A stretch of 64,000 bases of DNA. Origin: a bacterium. Its GTDB lineage: Bacteria; UBA8248; JACPRG01; G963555815. Below, piece after piece: positions 60,867-64,000 of this stretch. The stretch's first letter is position 1; each line of letters opens with the position of its first letter. The stretch lies in NCBI GenBank assembly GCA_965261595.1, contig CBDHDG010000005.1:576001-640000 (forward strand), in the 5' to 3' direction. Made by a program: the position numbers and the translations under genes. The notes below the pieces were generated by a model, which saw only the letters and a list, made by a program, of their open reading frames with translations, ran no database searches and had not been told where the DNA came from.

Positions 60867-63662
60867 TTATTCCAGGATGGCCGCGCATCGGCCGCAGAGC
60901 GTCGGGTGGGCCGCGTTTCGACCCACGGAAGGAAGGACCATCCAGCAGCGCTCGCACTTCTCCCCCTCGGCCGCCTCGACCTGGACTGTCCAAGGAGGCG
61001 CTCCGTCCGGATTGGAGCCGGACGTCGCCCCCTCCGTCTCCACCGACGATACGATGAACAGCGCCGGCAGGTCTCCGAGGTAGGGTTCGAGAAAGGTCCG
61101 GAATTCCTCCGAGGCGGCGATTTTCACCTTCGCGTTCAGCGCGCTCCCGAGGTCCCGGCTTTGGCGGGCCTCCTCGAGCTCCTTGAGGACGCCTTCGCGC
61201 AGCTCGATGAGGCGCCGCCACCGCCCGGCCAAGTCCTCGTCCAACTCCGATTCGTCGATGGCCGGAAACAGGGCCAGGTGGACGCTCGGCTCGCGGCTGG
61301 CCGGGTCTCCCGGAAGGCGCTCCCAGACCTCTTCGGCCGTGAAGGCCAGGATCGGGGCCATGAGGCGGACCATCGCGTCGGCCAGCCGGTGCAGGACGGT
61401 CTGGGCGCTCCGGCGCGCCTCGGAATCGGCCTTCTCGCAGTAGAGGCGGTCCTTGATCACGTCCAGGTAAAAGGCCGACAGGTCCACGGCGCAGAAGTTG
61501 TGGAACGTCTGATAGAACGTGTGAAATTCGTACCGGTCGTAGGTCTCGCGCACGCGCCGGACCAGCTCGGCGAGTTTGTGAAGCATCCACCGGTCGATCT
61601 CGGGCAGCCGCTCGTAAGGGACGGCGTTCCCCGATGGGTCGAAGTCATAGAGGTTTCCCAGGAAGTATCGGAAGGTGTTGCGGATCCGCCGGTAGGCCTC
61701 CGAGTTGCGCTTCAGGATCTCCGGGGAGATCCGCACGTCCTCCCGGTAGTTCTCCGAGGCCACCCAGAGCCGGATGATCTCCGCGCCGTTCTGTTTGATG
61801 ATCTTATCGGGCGCGATGACGTTTTTACGTGACTTGGACATCTTCCGACCGTCGGCGTCCACGACGTACCCGTGGGTCAGGACGGTCCCGTAGGGCGCGC
61901 GCCCCCGCGTTCCCACCGAGGCCAGGAGCGAGCTGTGGAACCAGCCCCGGTGTTGGTCGCTCCCTTCCAGGTAGAGATCGGCGGGCCAGGAGAGCTCCGG
62001 GTCGGCTTCGAGGACAGCGGCGTGCGTCACGCCTGAATCGAACCACACGTCCAGGATGTCCGTGACCTTCTCGAAATTCTTCGATCCACACCCCGCGCAG
62101 GCGAGGCCGTCCGGCGTGAAGTCCGCCGCGTCCCGGTCGAACCAGGCGTCGGCCCCTTCCGTCTCCATCCACGCGGCGGCCTTCCCGGCGATTCGGGGGT
62201 CGATCACCGCCTCGCCGCAGTCGGCGCACGTGAAGGCCGTGATGGGAACCCCCCAGGTCCGCTGGCGGGAGATGCACCAGTCCGGCCGGTTCTCGATCAT
62301 CCCGTAGATGCGCTCGCGTCCCCACTCGGGGAGCCACCGGACGCCGTTGACCGCTTCGAGGGCCTTGGACCGGAGGCCGTTGTGGTCCATCGAGATGAAC
62401 CACTGGGGGGTGGCCCGAAAGAGAACGGGGTTGTGGCACCGCCAGCAGTGGGGATATTGATGCCGGATTTTTTCTTGTGCGACGAGCCGCCCGGTCTCCG
62501 AGAGGTGACGGATAATCTCGGAGTTCGCATCCCAGACGCTCATTCCGCCGAACAGGGGCAGGTCCTTGTAGAAGCGGCCGTGGTCGTCCACCGGGCAGAT
62601 CACCTCCAGGCCGTACGCCTGTCCGGTTTCGTAGTCCTCCCGTCCGTGCCCGGGAGCGGTGTGGACCGCGCCGGTCCCTTGGTCGAGTGTCACGTAGTCG
62701 GCCAGGACGCCGGCCGAGTCCCGCTCCAGGAAGGGATGGCGGAAGACCGCCCCTTCGAGGGCCTTTCCGGGAAACCGGCGGAGGACGCGGCAGCCCTGTG
62801 CGCCGAAGACCTCCATCAGCGTCGGCGTCAGGCGCTCGGCCAGGATCCAGCGGCGGGTTTTCCCGTCCGTTTCCGCTTCCACCAGGGCGTAGTCGTGCTT
62901 GGGGTGGAAGGCGACGGCCTGGTTGGCCGGGAGGGTCCAGGGGGTGGTCGTCCAGATGACCGCGGCCGTCCCTTCCGGCGCGTCTCCGATTTCCCCTCCG
63001 TGAAGATAAGAGAACTCGACGAAGACGGCGGGCGAGGTGTGGTCCTCGTACTCCACCTCGGCCTCGGCCAGGGCGGTGAGGTCGAATGTGCACCAGTGGA
63101 CGGGTTTCAGCCCCCGGTAGACGGCACCGGAGCGGAAGAACTTTTCAAGCTCCCTGACCGTGGCGGCCTCGAAGCCGTGGTTCATCGTCAGGTACGGAGA
63201 GTCCCACGCGCCGTAGCCCCCGAGCCGCTCGAACTCCTCGCGTTGAATCCCCACGAACCGCTCGGCGAACGCCCGGCACCGCCGCCGTTTCTCCGAGGTG
63301 GGGATCGTGTCCTTTTCCTTCCCCAGCTCCAGGTCCACCTGGTGCTCGATGGGCAGGCCGTGGCAGTCCCAGCCGGGCACGTACGGGGCGTCGAGCCCTT
63401 CCATCGTCCGGGCGCGGACGATGAAGTCTTTGAGCACCTTGTTGAGGGCCGTTCCCATGTGGATGTGGCCGTTGGCGTAGGGGGGGCCGTCGTGGAGGAT
63501 GAATTTCTTCGCCCCCCGCCGGGCCTCGCGGACTTTGGCGTACAGGTCCATTTCCTTCCACCGATCGAGCCGCTTGGGCTCGTTCACCGGGAGGTTGGCC
63601 TTCATGGGGAAGTCGGTTCGGGGGAGGTTCAGCGTTTCTTTGTAGTCGCGTTCTTCCGTCAT
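60867..63662 (-). CDS. ileS: Isoleucine--tRNA ligase (type 1)
   Basis: DGPPYANGHIHMG, WTTTPWT, WCISRQR, KMSKS and C-terminal zinc finger. Confidence 0.98.
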   Translation of the reverse strand: MTEERDYKETLNLPRTDFPMKANLPVNEPKRLDRWKEMDLYAKVREARRGAKKFILHDGPPYANGHIHMGTALNKVLKDFIVRARTMEGLDAPYVPGWDCHGLPIEHQVDLELGKEKDTIPTSEKRRRCRAFAERFVGIQREEFERLGGYGAWDSPYLTMNHGFEAATVRELEKFFRSGAVYRGLKPVHWCTFDLTALAEAEVEYEDHTSPAVFVEFSYLHGGEIGDAPEGTAAVIWTTTPWTLPANQAVAFHPKHDYALVEAETDGKTRRWILAERLTPTLMEVFGAQGCRVLRRFPGKALEGAVFRHPFLERDSAGVLADYVTLDQGTGAVHTAPGHGREDYETGQAYGLEVICPVDDHGRFYKDLPLFGGMSVWDANSEIIRHLSETGRLVAQEKIRHQYPHCWRCHNPVLFRATPQWFISMDHNGLRSKALEAVNGVRWLPEWGRERIYGMIENRPDWCISRQRTWGVPITAFTCADCGEAVIDPRIAGKAAAWMETEGADAWFDRDAADFTPDGLACAGCGSKNFEKVTDILDVWFDSGVTHAAVLEADPELSWPADLYLEGSDQHRGWFHSSLLASVGTRGRAPYGTVLTHGYVVDADGRKMSKSRKNVIAPDKIIKQNGAEIIRLWVASENYREDVRISPEILKRNSEAYRRIRNTFRYFLGNLYDFDPSGNAVPYERLPEIDRWMLHKLAELVRRVRETYDRYEFHTFYQTFHNFCAVDLSAFYLDVIKDRLYCEKADSEARRSAQTVLHRLADAMVRLMAPILAFTAEEVWERLPGDPASREPSVHLALFPAIDESELDEDLAGRWRRLIELREGVLKELEEARQSRDLGSALNAKVKIAASEEFRTFLEPYLGDLPALFIVSSVETEGATSGSNPDGAPPWTVQVEAAEGEKCERCWMVLPSVGRNAAHPTLCGRCAAILE

Positions 63663-63740
63663 GAGGGTTCGCACAATCCGGGAGTGACGATTTTCGGGGA
63701 TTCAGACTTCAGCCATTCACGCCGGGGCGGCATGGACTGA

Positions 63741-64000
63741 CTATAAGTGCATCGCGGCCTTGGCCTCGTCCAAGGTTTTTCGCGCCTCCTCCCGGGCCTT
63801 CCGGCTTCCCTCCTCCAGGATGTCCCGGACGGAGTCCGGGTCCGAGAGGATCTCCCGCCGCCGCTCCTGGATGGGCCCCAACATCTCGGTCAGGTTCCCG
63901 TGGAGGACTTTCTTGCAGTCCACGCAGCCGATCTCGGCGGTCCGGCAGCCTTGGGCGGCCCACTTCAGCTCATCGTCGGACGAGAATACTTTGTGGAGGT
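63741..64000 (-). CDS. trpS: Tryptophan--tRNA ligase, C-terminal part (5' end outside the window)
   Basis: ...GCRTAEIGCVDCKKVL...PIQERR...ILEEGSRKAREEARKTLDEAKAAMHL. Confidence 0.85.
   Translation of the reverse strand, partial: LHKVFSSDDELKWAAQGCRTAEIGCVDCKKVLHGNLTEMLGPIQERRREILSDPDSVRDILEEGSRKAREEARKTLDEAKAAMHL

Noticed and set aside
63663..63740. T-box leader upstream of ileS
   Set aside because: The trpS-ileS gap is too short and lacks the T-box consensus.

Overview
This is a GC-rich chromosomal segment of a Gram-negative (diderm) bacterium. The lolD-clpC-bamA-skp order is reminiscent of Nitrospirota/Nitrospinota/Tectomicrobia-like lineages, but that is a weak inference. Bases 1-31 kb carry envelope and housekeeping genes: gmhB-like, waaF, lpxL, lptFG, lpxK, waaA, DUF374, lpxB, lpxI, a GnnA-like oxidoreductase, lpxA, fabZ, lpxD, skp, bamA, clpC, lolD/E, lysS, prfB (programmed +1 frameshift), lnt, uvrC, uvrB and an HNH nuclease. 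Bases 31-40 kb carry PBP1a, a receiver domain, a thiolase, kdsD, kdsC and a methylmalonyl-CoA mutase large subunit. Bases 39.8-46 kb form an accessory island (UbiD, a nonsense-interrupted quinone oxidoreductase, a DsbA-like gene, an orphan, a VOC protein) punctuated by GGGGTCA(A/G)GTC-headed inverted-repeat elements and a ~235-bp tandem array. Bases 46-64 kb carry an MFS transporter, an OmpA/MotB lipoprotein, an amidohydrolase/ABC/M20 cluster, citrate synthase-prpF-prpB-like genes, kdsA, an OsmC-like gene, lspA, ileS and the 3' end of trpS. Main observations: (1) two probable selenoproteins split by the ORF track (DsbA-like UxxC and OsmC-like), each with an in-frame UGA at a catalytic Cys position and a SECIS-like hairpin; (2) the GGGGTCA-delimited, cassette-like island and its tandem array; (3) signs of diaminoglucose-type lipid A; (4) many long G/C homopolymers in envelope genes and several single-base frameshifts that may be assembly errors.
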